Part shown: piece by piece, positions 14,198-28,645 of the stretch
How positions within the stretch are numbered: position 1 is the first letter of the stretch
How the letters are laid out: each line of letters begins with the position of its first letter
NCBI GenBank assembly: GCA_951406725.2
Contig: OX597823.1
Coordinates: 109,492,001-109,556,000, forward strand
DNA: 64,000 nt
Direction: 5' to 3'
Source: Octopus vulgaris
Taxonomy: Eukaryota
Program-made: the position numbers and the translations under genes
Notes under the pieces: model-generated
What the model was told of the DNA's origin: nothing
The model's database searches: none
Seen by the model: the letters and a program-made list of their open reading frames with translations, nothing else

Positions 14198-15054
14198 TTT
14201 TGTTGGCATTTATGTGAGTTGTGTATATATATATGCTCGTTTGTATGTATATATGTATGTATGTACGTATGCGTGTATTAATGCATTTATGTATGCATGT
14301 ATATATGTATGTATGTATGTATGTGTGTGTCTTTATGCATGTGTGCGTGCGTGTGTGCTCGTGTGTGTGTTTATGTGTTTACGTATGTATTTATGTATGT
14401 ACGTTTATGTATGTATATATGCTTGTATTATGCATGCATTTATGCGTGCATGCATGTATGTAGTATGTATGTGTACGTGTCTATGTGTTCGTGCGTATGT
14501 GTGTTTGTGTGTAATACATAAGTTGAAAATTAGAGAAAAGACAGTTTGCAATGTGATATAAGTTTTTACCTTCAAATATGTCCCTGACGTTTCGGGAAAT
14601 AGTCCTTTGTCTTAAAACAAATTATATGGAAACCTTGAGAAAAATGTATGTAAAAATAGCTATATTTGTGCGGAAATGTGGTGCCCAGAATTGATGACCC
14701 TGCCAGGCTAGAACGCCTTCCTGTGAAATGTATTGAAGAAAAGAATTGCTATGGGTAGATACGGGAATTGGAGTCACTGTGTGTGGTTGGATCGACCATC
14801 TGCAGTATTGTGGTATTGTGTGTCTACTAGTTGTGGTAGATGTATGTGCGTATGCAAACTGGGTGGCTTTAGTTAATATAAGACATGGGTAGATATGGAT
14901 GAGGATGTGTGTGTTTAGTAAACAGTGCGAATGCATATGTGTGAGGCTGTTTTAATGTATGACTGTGTAAAACCGCCGCTGTAGTATGGCTGTTCGAATA
15001 CATAAACTTTAGCACGCTCAAACTTAAATTCCGTATATACATACACACACACAT

Positions 15055-15102
<48 letters not shown>

Positions 15103-15110
15103 GTATATAT

Positions 15111-15281
<171 letters not shown>

Positions 15282-15799
15282 CTCTGGTCTATATATGTAA
15301 ACATATGCATGTGTATGTGTGTGTATATATGAACTCGCTATTTTGGGAAAAAAGAAATCCATTGGTAGGACGATGGCTTCGACCAGTAGAGCAAAACAAA
15401 ACTGTAAATAGATGTAGGACGGTAAGATTGCCAGCTGTTAATATCCTGCAGGATGCAAATGTCTAGACATGATCTCAAAAGTACTGTCTGTGGTTGCATT
15501 ACAGACTCAGAAACCTGTCTTGACAGCCATGCCCTAGAAAGATTACATGCAAAAAGTCAAACACTAGGTGTTCACATGCATACATATACATCAAACCACC
15601 CGAGTATTGTTGTCTTTTGAAGCTGCCAGTTTTGCCCACTTTGTATGAACTCTGAAGAGGTTCTTAAGATCCCGTTTAGATCATAGGACGGGAAAATAGG
15701 TGATTGCTAGGGAGTCATTTAGGGATATATGGTTGATAACCTAACCAATCTGATAGAAGTGTAAAAACATGTGTGTGTGTATAGAGAAATATAGATAGC

Positions 15800-15831
<32 letters not shown>

Positions 15832-16049
15832 CTATATATATGTATGTACTTATATGTATGTGTGTGTATATAATATGAATAATATATATGCATATTATAT
15901 ATATATATATTTATACATATATATGTACACACATATATATACATACATGCATATTCATATATAGGTACAGGACATCACAAACTGTGAACAACATTGTTCC
16001 CAACTTTGACCCTCCATAAATCCCAAATTTTGTTTTACTTCTCATGGGA

Positions 16050-16535
<486 letters not shown>

Positions 16536-17377
16536 ATATATATATTTCTACATGTGTGTATATGTATGAATACATATAATTTTTTATTTATATATTCGTT
16601 CCTTTCATTGAAAGACCGCCATCTTAGGGAACCATTTTGTACTACTTACTGAATCAAATCGACCCAATGCATATTATTTAACAAATGCGCATATTTTTTC
16701 TCTTTCTGAGCCATGACTTTACGTGGACGTAAACGTCCTGCCAACCATCTTTGATCCAGTTTTCAAGCATAAGAAAAAAACTCCCAAGGCCCATGTGCGT
16801 GTGTGTGTGTGTGTGTATGCGCGCGCGCTTGTGTTTGTGTGGGTGAATTATAATTATATATTCTGATACTTATTACCGTCGTCGTACTGTGGTTTGATGG
16901 CCGTTTGCAGAATTTAGACGGGCAAATTTATTCAGTCAAATATCTAACGATTAGCAACTATTTCAGGGATCCTTTTCTAAAAAAATACTAGAGTTTGAGA
17001 CGCACAACAAATCATTATTAGTTGACACCAAGCAAAAACGCATGCAAACACGCACACACACTCATATACATGCAACCAAATATATTTGCGTATATATATA
17101 TATATATATATGTGTGTGTAAATATGTTCCCACACACGTATGCACATAAAATTACAGGGAATTTTTCCCACAATTTTCATCGTCTCCATGTCACTCAAAC
17201 AAACAATTTATTTTTATGAGGTTAAAATAGTAGGAAATTTGGCTCATTTCCTCTTGTCGTGGGGCAAAGGTGTGAAGCGAGTTTCTTAGAAGCATAACCA
17301 TTCCTAGGCTTAAAACAAACCCTCCATACAGGCAAGCGAATCCCGATCTCCCACGTGTCCATTTGAGATATTTGTTA

Positions 17378-17434
<57 letters not shown>

Positions 17435-17437
17435 AAT

Positions 17438-17521
<84 letters not shown>

Positions 17522-17620
17522 GTGTATGTAGGTATGTATATATGTATGTATGTGTATGTATGTATATATATATACATATATGTATATGAACTTGTTTATC
17601 TATCTATCTATCTATATATA

Positions 17621-17685
17621 TTTTATTTATTTTATTTTTATTTTATCTAGTTTCAGCTCACGAGCTGTGGCCATGCTGGGGCACC

Positions 17686-17690
<5 letters not shown>
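17621..17690 (-). mobile_element. Isolated LINE/SINE-A-type 3' tail
   Basis: Minus strand ATGGCGGTGCCCCAGCATGGCCACAGCTCGTGAGCTGAAACTAGA(TAAAA)n. Confidence 0.75.
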
Positions 17691-17721
<31 letters not shown>

Positions 17722-18527
17722 TACATATACATATATATATATACAGACACACATATAAAACATGATATATACATCTAAATTAGTTACACATATAAATGGA
17801 TAAATAGGAAGATATATATATATATATATACGTAAACACATACCTATACACACACGCACACACACATGCATGTATATTTAAGCATATATATGCACATGTG
17901 TACGTACATACACACATATACAAAGTCGTGTTAAGAGCGCGAAATATATAACAACGGCTCGCATGCGCACGCACACACGCACACACGCACACACGCACAC
18001 ACACAAGCATGAGCAGGAGCATGCTCACCCGCGCGCACGCAGCCCCCCACACGCAATACATACACTCGAACATCCTTATAAACACCCTCGGAGATTTTGC
18101 GAAACTTGGGGCCAAACACACACACTTCGGATCATCTACGCGCACAAATTGTTGTACATATATATATATGCACGCAATGTGGTGCTAAAAACGAAAACAA
18201 CAGTACCAGTAAGGCCACCACCACCACCACCACCACCACCACCACTACCACCACAGCCACGAACAACAACAACTACAACAACAACAAGAGAAATATAAAG
18301 AAAAGGGCGTGTCTCCGTTGAGTTATTGCCGTTCAATTTTTCTGTTTCATTTAGAAATAAAATCAATGATAGCCATAGCATCAACGTTCTACTCACATTC
18401 ACACAGGCATGCGTACCCAATCCGGCGTGCACACACGCACGCACGCACACACACTCGTGTACACACACACACTCATCCGCATACACACACGCTCGCACAT
18501 ATATGTATATATGTATGTGTGCGTATA

Positions 18528-18600
<73 letters not shown>

Positions 18601-18629
18601 TCACATATATATATGCACACATGTATATG

Positions 18630-18674
<45 letters not shown>

Positions 18675-18741
18675 ATGGCGGTGCCCCAGCATGGCCACAG
18701 CTCGTGAGCTGAGACTAGATAAAATAAAAAAAATTAAAATA

Positions 18742-18743
<2 letters not shown>
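18675..18743 (+). mobile_element. Isolated LINE/SINE-A-type 3' tail, inverted partner of 17621-17690
   Basis: ATGGCGGTGCCCCAGCATGGCCACAGCTCGTGAGCTGAGACTAGATAAAATAAAA. Confidence 0.75.
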
Positions 18744-18808
<65 letters not shown>

Positions 18809-19389
18809 TATGCATATGTTTGTGTGTACATATACACACACATCTTCATTCTTTAAGTTAAACACGCATTATGTTTATATAGATAGGTATTTATAAATAT
18901 GTGTCTGTTTATATATACATATATACATATCTACACACACACATATAACACACTACAACTACCACTAACTCCATCCCACTCTCACGAACACTCCCATCAC
19001 CTCCGCAATTACAAATTATAAAACCTATACATTATACACAATATGTCCTTACTACCACATTACACACCATTTTATATACATCACACACTATACCTCACCT
19101 ACAAACATACTAGAGAACTTTTCACACTTTCTGCACCACGACATATACCTCACTAAATACCACACTATATATATCATGTATACACTCAGAACACCACTCT
19201 ATACATATGACATGATACACCGCATTATTATACACCACTCATATACACCATATCATATACAACATCACACAGTATGCAATACATCACACCACATAGCATG
19301 CTATATGTCAAAATGCACACAGCAATATATATATATACACCCTACTATATAACATAGTACTCTGGACACTTGAAACCTTACTGTACATC

Positions 19390-19900
19390 ACATTAAACAA
19401 ACCATTCTATATTCTACATTACACATACTATGCTATCTATCTACTACATTACACATACCACGGTATATGCTACATTGAACACACCATAGAATATACTATG
19501 TTTCACATATCATAATATATACTACGTTTTACACACCGTGCTATATACTATATTTCACATTGTACTATGTGCTACATTTCACACACTGTTCTATATGCTA
19601 CATTACACAGATCATGCTATCTATACCCTACATTACATGTACTATACTATATACTACATTACACACTCCATACTATATACTACGTTTCACATAACATAGA
19701 ATATACTACATTTCCCACACTATTCTATATGCTGCATTCCACACACCATACTATGTATATACTACATAGTATGTGTGTAATATAGTATATAGTGCGGTGC
19801 GTGTAATGTAAACATTCCACGCACCGCACTATATACTGTATGACACACGCTATATTCTATATTACACACACTATAGACTATATTACACACACCATAGGAT
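19390..19900. repeat. Degenerate minisatellite, about 26-bp unit (CTACATTWCACACACYRTWCTATATR) inside a 1.8-kb TAC/CAC-rich low-complexity block (about 18950-20750)
   Basis: Units such as CTACATTTCACACACTGTTCTATATG, CTACGTTTCACATAACATAGAATATA and CTACATTTCCCACACTATTCTATATG. Confidence 0.75.
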
Positions 19901-20749
19901 ACACTGCATTAACTCGCACCACTCAATATAGAACTAACCACACCCTGCTCTACACACTCTGCACTATATATAATACTATATACCCAATCCCAAACTACAG
20001 TACATATACTACATACACTCCATTAAATACATTTCACTGTGTAACACAGTATACATTACATCACACTAGATACCACACTATATACCCTACACTTTATACT
20101 ACACTCTATACAAGGGTAAATACCACACCATTCATAGAATATACTATACTATTCGCATCATATCATTTAACACACCACATACTACACTGTACATCACTCT
20201 ATATAGGCCACACTCTATCCCATAGTATGTACAGTACCTCATATAACATTCTACATACATCAGCACACATCACACTATATACACCACCGTGTGTACTACA
20301 TCATATACTACAACACTTAACGACTTACATCATAACAGAACACGTTATTTGTCACTCTATACATTATACTATTCACCACACTGAATATAATAGTTGCGGT
20401 TGTAGTTTTTTGGTGATTATAATGACAGTAATGGAGACTGTTGTAGTACGAATTGTAGTACTGGTATCAGTAGTGATAGTGATAGTTGCGGCGCTAGTGT
20501 TTGGCTTCTATGTGTAGTACGAGTGCTACAATGCTGGTATTAGGTAGACAAGAATATGGAGTGTAGAATATAGTATATACTATGGTATATATTGGGGTAC
20601 ATTGAGTAGTGTGTATGTTGTAGTATAGTGTGTATAGAGTGGCGTATATACATAATTTATCACAGTATAGACCACTGCATACACCGTTATCTATACACCG
20701 CAATATGTATATATATATATATATCCTGTCGTACACACTGCACTACAAC

Positions 20750-21000
20750 CTATACCAGTAAAGCACCACTACGGTCTCCGCCACAACATGAAACTGAACC
20801 ACCAGCGCCACCACCAAAACCATCACCATCACCACCTCCACCCTCACCACCACCTCCACCCTCACCACCACCTCCACCACCACACCTACCACCACTACCA
20901 CTACCACGACTACCGCTATCATCATCAACTTACTACCACCGCCACTACCCCGTCACTACCACCACCGCTACTGTCATTAAACTACCAACACTACTACGAT
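20750..21000. repeat. (ACC/ACT)n-type low-complexity tract
   Basis: Direct reading. Similar tracts at 24860-25100 and 25330-25670. Confidence 0.85.
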
Positions 21001-21045
21001 CACGGTATTTTGTGGTAGCAGCGCCGATAATGCAGCTGTGATGTC

Positions 21046-21101
<56 letters not shown>

Positions 21102-22886
21102 GTGTGTATTTATATATTTATGTACGCACATATACATACATACACAAGCACACACACACATACACACATACACACGTACACACGTATACACACATATGTT
21201 ACCACACCCTGTTTAAAGGCAATATTAAAATAAAATTGCATCTCTCCTCCTCTCCTTTCTCTCTTTTAAAAGTCCCACCTCTTCTCCTCCTCATCTGCCT
21301 TCACCACACGACCTCCTCCTCCTCCGATAAAATTCCTCGAACCTCTCACCAACCTTACATCATCGCCCTCCTCCCTCTATATCCGACCAATCACAGCCGA
21401 CGATTTCCTACTCCAATGTAAATTTTAAATTTTAAGATTTCCGTCACTACACGCCTCGTTGTTTCACACACACGCGCACACACGCGCGCGCGAACACGCA
21501 TGTGCGCGCTCAAATGCACGACTTGATACTGACATAAATATTGATACACATACAAACTGAAAATGATTTGCACACATACACACACACACAGACACACAGA
21601 CACACACAGACACACACACACACACACACGCACACAAACATGAAAAGATAAACCTACAAAGACACACATACACACTGGTACATATACATATTTACATACA
21701 TATATATATATTATGTATATATATATATATATACATATATATGTATACATACACACACATATATATATAAGCACACACACAACACAAGCATACACAATCA
21801 CACAACATACACATATACACATACATATATGCAAATATTCATGTACACACGGATATACGCAGTTTCTGTAACACACGTACACACACAAACACACGTACAC
21901 ATTCACACATGTGTATAGATATACAATGATATCATACACTCACATACATACACACCTCACACAAACACTGTTTAGTGACACTGACGCATAAATGCATACA
22001 GACACTAAAATACGCTAACACATACACACACACACATTCATAAGCATACAAACACACTTGACATTCAATCACAGGCAATCATATCCACATACACACACAA
22101 ACACACACACACACACACACTCACACACACACATATATATAAATACTTACGCAAAGTTACATACACACAGATATGCGTACATGTACACACGGACACAGAT
22201 ACATACAGAGACACGCACATAAACAACTAATTACACATACACATATATACTAACACACGCAAGCGTATACATAAATATATGTCTATATACACATATACGT
22301 ATACAAATGAACGGACCTACATGGGGATACGTACATATACAAACTTAAACACATGCACATCCTTAGGTAAACATAGACAGATGGATGCACAAAGAGAAAC
22401 AAACCCGCATCTACGCATATAAGTATACACAGTGCCACGCACTCACGGACAGGCAAAAATACACACGCAGGTATACGCAAGCATGCAGAGACAGACGCAC
22501 ATACATGGCCGTAGAGATACGTACTCATTCAGGCGCATATTCTTATATTCACACATTCGCACATTCGCACATTCACACTCGAATAATTATATGCATCCAT
22601 AGACACGTATTCATCCAAACGTTGATCCGTACTTACATATTCGTATGACTATGTATATAGCAATAAATATATACATGTATCCATAGATATATATATGCGA
22701 GAATTTATGCATACATATATACATACATATATATATATATAAATAATTATATATTTTTTTATGTATGTGTGTGCATATGTACACACATATATATTCATAT
22801 ACATATGTATGTATATATATCTATGTATGCGTGTGTGTATGTATATATATCTGTACACTGTACACATACACATATATATGTATGTA

Positions 22887-22936
<50 letters not shown>

Positions 22937-22976
22937 TATATATACATATATACATATATATATATGCATATATATA

Positions 22977-23016
<40 letters not shown>

Positions 23017-23039
23017 CATATATATATGTATGTTTGCAT

Positions 23040-23097
<58 letters not shown>

Positions 23098-23102
23098 TTA
23101 TA

Positions 23103-23505
23103 TCTTTTATCTTTTTAGTTGGTTCAGTAATTTAGACTGCGGTCATACTGGGGCACTGCCTCGAGGAATTTAGTGGAACAAAACGATCCCAGTATTTATT
23201 TTCCTTTCAAGTCTTGTACGAATCCTATCGGTATTATTTGTCGAACTGCTATATCTTCAGGGCGCAAACACACCAAACATAGGGGGGGCAAACATAGACA
23301 CAAAAATACACACATATAGAGAAATATATATAATGAATGCGACGGGTTTCTTTCACCTTCCGTACGCCAAATCATCTGAGAAGGCTTTGACGGCCCGTGG
23401 TTAAGTTTATAGACTCTCGCCCAAGGTGCCACACGGTGGGACTGAACCCGGAACAATGTAGTTGGGAAGCAAACATTTAACCACGCGGCCACGTCAGTTC
23501 CTCCA
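23103..23505 (-). mobile_element. Old diverged SINE A
   Basis: GACTGCGGTCATACTGGGGCAC...CGACGGGTTTCTTTCA...GCCCAAGGTGCCACACGGTGGGACTGAACCCGGAAC. Confidence 0.75.
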
Positions 23506-23641
23506 TACATATATGCATTCATGCATACTTGCATATATGTACACCAATGCATATTGCACACACATACACACACTCACTCACACATACATGCATATGCATT
23601 TATATATGTGCATATATATATAAATCATATGTGCGTGTTTG

Positions 23642-23680
<39 letters not shown>

Positions 23681-24384
23681 ATATATATGCATGTATATAT
23701 ATATATACACATATAGGTGTGTATATACCTGTTTTATATATACATATATACGTAAATATATATATATATATATATGTATGCTTATATATATGTATGTAGG
23801 TATATATGTATATATATACACAAACATACTCATACATACAAATATGCGTATATGTATGCATGTATGTATATGTGTGTGGGTATATGTATGCTTGTGTGTG
23901 TATACAAACACACAAACACACAAGCATATATATATTCCTATATCTATATATGTATATACATAGTAATGTACATACTTGCATATATACATTGTTCATTTAC
24001 ACACAGGCTCACTGACTGAAGTTCACGGAACCTTAAATCAAGCTCGGACACACACACAATACTCTTACTTACACAACCGCAGAAACGCGAATTTTACCGT
24101 CAGTGACATAGACACACACACGTACACACACAAACACACATACACGCACCGATTAGACAGAAAGACGCACAAACATACACACACATACACGCTCTCAAAC
24201 ATTCACACTAACACACACGCATACGACTACACAGTCACCTATGCAAGGATCCATTCAGTCACACACACATATACACACACATTCGCACGCGCGCACACGC
24301 ATGCATATACACACACACACTCACGCAATCACATGCACACATGCGCGCACCTGCATACTAACAAGCACATATTCCGGTAATAGT

Positions 24385-24836
24385 ATTCTTTTATTCCTCT
24401 ATTCTTTTACATGTTTCATTCAATTGAGTGTGGCCATGCTGGAGCACCGTCTTAAGTCGAATCAAATCGACCCCAGGACTTATTCTTTGTAAGCCTAGTA
24501 CTTATTCAATCGGTTTCTCCGGCCGAATCGCTAAGTTACGGAGGCCTAAACACACCAGCATCGGTTGCCAGGCAATGTTGGTGGGGCCAAACACACAAAC
24601 ACACACACACACATACGCACATGCACCCCCACACAAACACATACACACATACACACACACACACACGCATATATATATATACATATATAGTAAGGGCTTC
24701 TTTCAGTTTCCGTCTACCAAATCTTCTCACAAGGCTTTGGTCGGCTCGAGGCTATAGTAGGTGCCAGGCAGTGGGACTGAACCCACAATCACGTGGTTCG
24801 TAAGCAAGCTACTTACCACACAGCCACTCCTACGCC
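24385..24836 (-). mobile_element. SINE A with small internal deletion in the CORE-like block
   Basis: Tail, 3' body, microsatellite and head present. GCTATAGTAG-GTGCCA lacks AAGACACTTGCCCAAG. Confidence 0.9.
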
Positions 24837-25109
24837 AATATAAACACTTATTCAACCTTCCGTCATCATCACTGTTATTACCATCGCCACTACCATCGTC
24901 ACCATCGTCACCACCACCAACAACAACTACAACAACAAAAAAGAGGTCACCATCACTATTATCATTATTCATCCTCATCATCTAACAATAATCATTATCA
25001 TCATCACCACCATCACTACTTTCAAAATCACCACCATCACCACCACCACTACCAACACCCCACCACCACCACTACCACCACCACCACCTCCTCACAACCA
25101 ATACAAATT

Positions 25110-25330
25110 TCCTTTCTATTATTGACACAGAACCCGAAATTTTACGGGAGATGTGATGGGGGATGGGCTCTAATCGATTGCATCGACCCCAGTGTTCAAC
25201 TGGTACCTATTTCTATCGAGCCCGAAAGGATAAAAGGCAAAAGCCGTCCTCGGTAGAATTTGAACTCTGAACGTAAAACCGTAAGTAATGCCACTAAGCG
25301 TATCCTCCGGTGCGGTAATGATCCTGCCAC
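25110..25330 (-). mobile_element. Diverged SINE B (tail type 2)
   Basis: ATCGACCCCAGTG...CTGGTACC...CCCGAAGGATAAAAGGCAAAAG...GAATTTGAACTC. Confidence 0.75.
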
Positions 25331-26116
25331 CATCACCAGAACCAATAATGTTATCAGCCACTCTTCTTACCACTGCCACCATTACAACCATTAACCACCA
25401 TCGCCACCACTACTACCGTCACCACTACCATCAGCAACAACAACAATAATAAAAACATCATTACTGCTACAACACCATCTTTATCATACACTTTCACCAT
25501 AAATTCCACCACTATCATCACCATTATCAGCTTCTATCGGCATCACCACCGCCGCCGCCACTACTATTACCACTACCGTTATCAGCCACCAAAACCACCA
25601 CCATCAATGCTACCATCATCACTATCAACCACCATCACCGCCGCCGCTACCACCACTACCCCCACCACTGTTACACTGCGTGCCAACAGATTAGGCGAAG
25701 TGTTAGATATAGCAGTTAAATTACCTCAAATACTCAAACCCAAAGTTTCAAATAACGAAGGAAACATTATGCTGTCTAAACCCAGATTATTCGACGGATG
25801 GTCAAGGATGGAACACGTTTGATTACAAGGTCTGTTTAATTAGGGAATACATAGGACTAAACGGTAGTAATGATAACCGTTATTCCCCCAGGTTAAGATA
25901 TAAGCTTCCACCTGGTGGCCCGCCGTGCTTTAAGACAGCCAACATATTTTCGCTCAAAAATTACCTTACCATCTTGTGAATGTAGTTAATGTTTTATGTA
26001 GTTGTATATCATACAACAAAGTGCGGTGGTCATGAGTGGATTGTCTCAAATCACATATCTTCCTTTTCAGTGTTCAAATAGATATTGAGTAATTTCATTA
26101 TTATGAAATCTAGTAA

Positions 26117-26346
26117 GGCGTCGAGCTAGCAGAAACGTTGGCACATCAGGTGAAATGCGTAGGCGTATTTCGTCTGCCGTTACGTTCTGAGTTCAAATTC
26201 CGCCGAGGTCGACTTTGCCTTTCATACTTTCGGGGTTGATAAATTAAGTACCAGTTACGCAATGGGGTCGATGTAATCGACTTAATCCGTTTGTCTGTCC
26301 TTGTTTGTCCCCTCTGTGTTTAGCCTCTTGTGGGCAATAAAGAAAC
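26117..26346 (+). mobile_element. SINE B, full length (tail type 1)
   Basis: GGCGTCGAGCTAGCAGAAACGTT...GAGTTCAAATTCCGCCGAGGTCGACTTTGCCTTTCAT...GTGGGCAATAAAGAAA. Confidence 0.9.
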
Positions 26347-26399
26347 AGATAACTATAACAACGACAACGACATTGATGTCGATGATAACAAGAAATACC

Positions 26400-26632
26400 T
26401 ATTTCTTTACTGCCCACAAGAGGCTAAACACAGAGAGGACAAACAAGGAAAGACAAACGGATTAAGTCGATTATATCGACCCCAGTGCGTAACTGGTACT
26501 TATTTAATCGACCCCGAAAGGATGAAAGGCAAAATCGACCTCGGTGGAATTTGAACTCAGAGTGTAACGACAGGCGAAATACGGCTACGCATTTCGCCCG
26601 GCGTGCTAACGTTTCTGCCAGCTCGCCGCCTT
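26400..26632 (-). mobile_element. SINE B, full length (tail type 1), tail-to-tail with the previous copy
   Basis: Reverse-complement homologue of 26117-26346. Confidence 0.9.
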
Positions 26633-27683
26633 AACACTCACGTATATATGTAAGCAGACAAACATGCCCATATACACAGCGGTATACTTTCCTTAGAAAA
26701 AATTTAACATCAGCCAGAATAGGTAATTTTATTTGCAGAACGACCCACCCAAAATGGAACGTATATTTTAGTACACCTTAAAATTAATACCTTCACTGCA
26801 ACACTATCGTCTGTTGGAGTGTTTAATCGATTTCTTCTTGTCCAACTTTCTCACTTTCGTCCGCTGAGCCTTTTTGCCGTCGCATTATCTCATGCCACCG
26901 CCCCTATACGACATTATCTCTCCACATAATCTGTTCCTCAACGTCTGCTTACATTATTTCCGCTGTCTCAAACAGTGGACTAAAGTGACGAAAATGAATT
27001 GTACATCCTTCAATGCTTATATTGTTTACCTATCTTCTTCGTGTTTTATATTGCCGTTGTTAGTCTATCAGAAGTTTCTTCAGATTCTAAACTTGATCGC
27101 TTTGGGTTCTATGTTTTATGTTTGCACAGTTAAAGTATACAACAGTGGAAATTTTTAAATGAAAACTTTTAAACGATAACAACTTTCAAATTGAAGTGGT
27201 TTCGTGAAGCTGTAATTAAGCGTTTGAAAGCTCAACAAACAACATGGTGGCTAAAATGTTGGCGTTTTGATGTACATATATTAAAGGGTGGGAGATGAGA
27301 AGGAGAGAGGGAAGGAAGGTGAGAGAGTCAGGGAAGAGCGAGGCGGCGAAAAGTCGGGAAAGAAAGAAAGAGGGAGAGGGAGAGAGAGAGGGGAGAGAGT
27401 GAAATAGGGAGAGAAAAAACAAAGGACAAAGGATTTTATGCTTGAAAAATCAGAACAGATCCATTAGAACACTTTTCTAATAGATGAAGCGCATGATAAT
27501 TTGAACAGTTCAATATATTTTACTAAAATATTTGGTCTTAGATCTGAAACTTAGTCATATTTTAAAATCTTCATCAGATAAATATGCACGAGTGACAAAT
27601 TCTATTAAAATAGAATAAAAGTATTTAAGTAATTATTTAACATTAAAAAAGAAGAATGAGAACTTACAGCAGTGTTAAATATT

Positions 27684-28091
27684 GGCGTAGGAGTGGCTGT
27701 GTGATAAGTAGCTTGCTTACGAACCACATGGTTCCGGGTTCAGTCCCACTGCGTGGTACCTTGGGTAAGTGTCTTCTACTACAGCCTCGGGCCGACCAAA
27801 GCCTTGTGAGTGGATTTGGTAGACAGAAACTGAAAGAAGCCCGTCGTATATATGTGTATATATATATGTGCATGTGTGTGTGTGTATGTTTGTGTGTCTG
27901 TGCTTGTCCCCCCCAACATCACTTGACAACCGATGCTGGTGTGTTTACGTCCCCGTAACTTAGCGTTGCGGCAAAACAGACCGATAGAATAAGTACTAGG
28001 CTTACAAAGAATAAGTCTTGGGGTCGATTTGCTCGACTAAAGGCGATGCTGCAGCATGGCCACAGTCAAATGACTGAAACAAGTAAAAGAG
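27684..28091 (+). mobile_element. SINE A, full length, little diverged
   Basis: Complete head-CORE-microsatellite-tail structure. Confidence 0.92.
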
Positions 28092-28104
28092 CAAAAAAAA
28101 TTGG

Positions 28105-28315
28105 TTTCAAATTTTGGCGCAACACCTGCAAATTCGGAGGATAGAATAAGCTGATTACATCTTCTCCAGTACTCAACTGGCACTTCTTTTATCAACCTCG
28201 AAAGAATGAAAAGCAAAGTCGACCTCGGCGGAATTTGAACTCAGAAGGTAGAGACGGACGAAATACCACTAAATTAATTTGTCCGGCGTTGCTAACGATT
28301 CTGACTGCTCCCTGA
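28105..28315 (-). mobile_element. Diverged SINE B
   Basis: CAAAGTCGACCTCGGCGGAATTTGAACTCAGAA...GACGAAATACC...GCTAACGATTCTG. Confidence 0.8.
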
Positions 28316-28645
28316 CTTGGCTATGTTAAATATGATGGACTTAAAATACGGTGACAGCGTTAAACAGTCAGTTGTTTAAGTACAAATGTGTTAGCAGTTT
28401 AAGTATGTTTGAGTGATATTCAAACTCATATGAAAGCCATACACTATATTTTATCATGGCCCAAATTTCTCACTGCAGACAAATAGGTGTAAACACACCG
28501 AGTCAGTTCGTAGCCTTTTCTAACTAGACTGTGGGATGCACGCATTTCGGTGCGGTTATCTCCTCCTCAGCCACAGATGCCGGAAAAGCAGACGTTGCAA
28601 ACTAACATGGAGACAGTTCACTTTCATAATATTCTCGTCATACTA

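Noticed and set aside
19390-19900. Regularly spaced ~26-bp repeats as a possible CRISPR array
   Set aside because: Units are contiguous and degenerate with no unique spacers, there are no cas genes, and the context is eukaryotic.
20628-21041. Proline-rich extensin/formin-like ORF and overlapping His-rich ORF
   Set aside because: Both derive from an (ACC)n low-complexity tract, with no flanking domain or splice evidence.
26960-27000. CTCAAACA-GTGGAC-TAAA-GTGAC-GAAA as another hammerhead-like motif
   Set aside because: The core and stem are too mutated to distinguish from chance.
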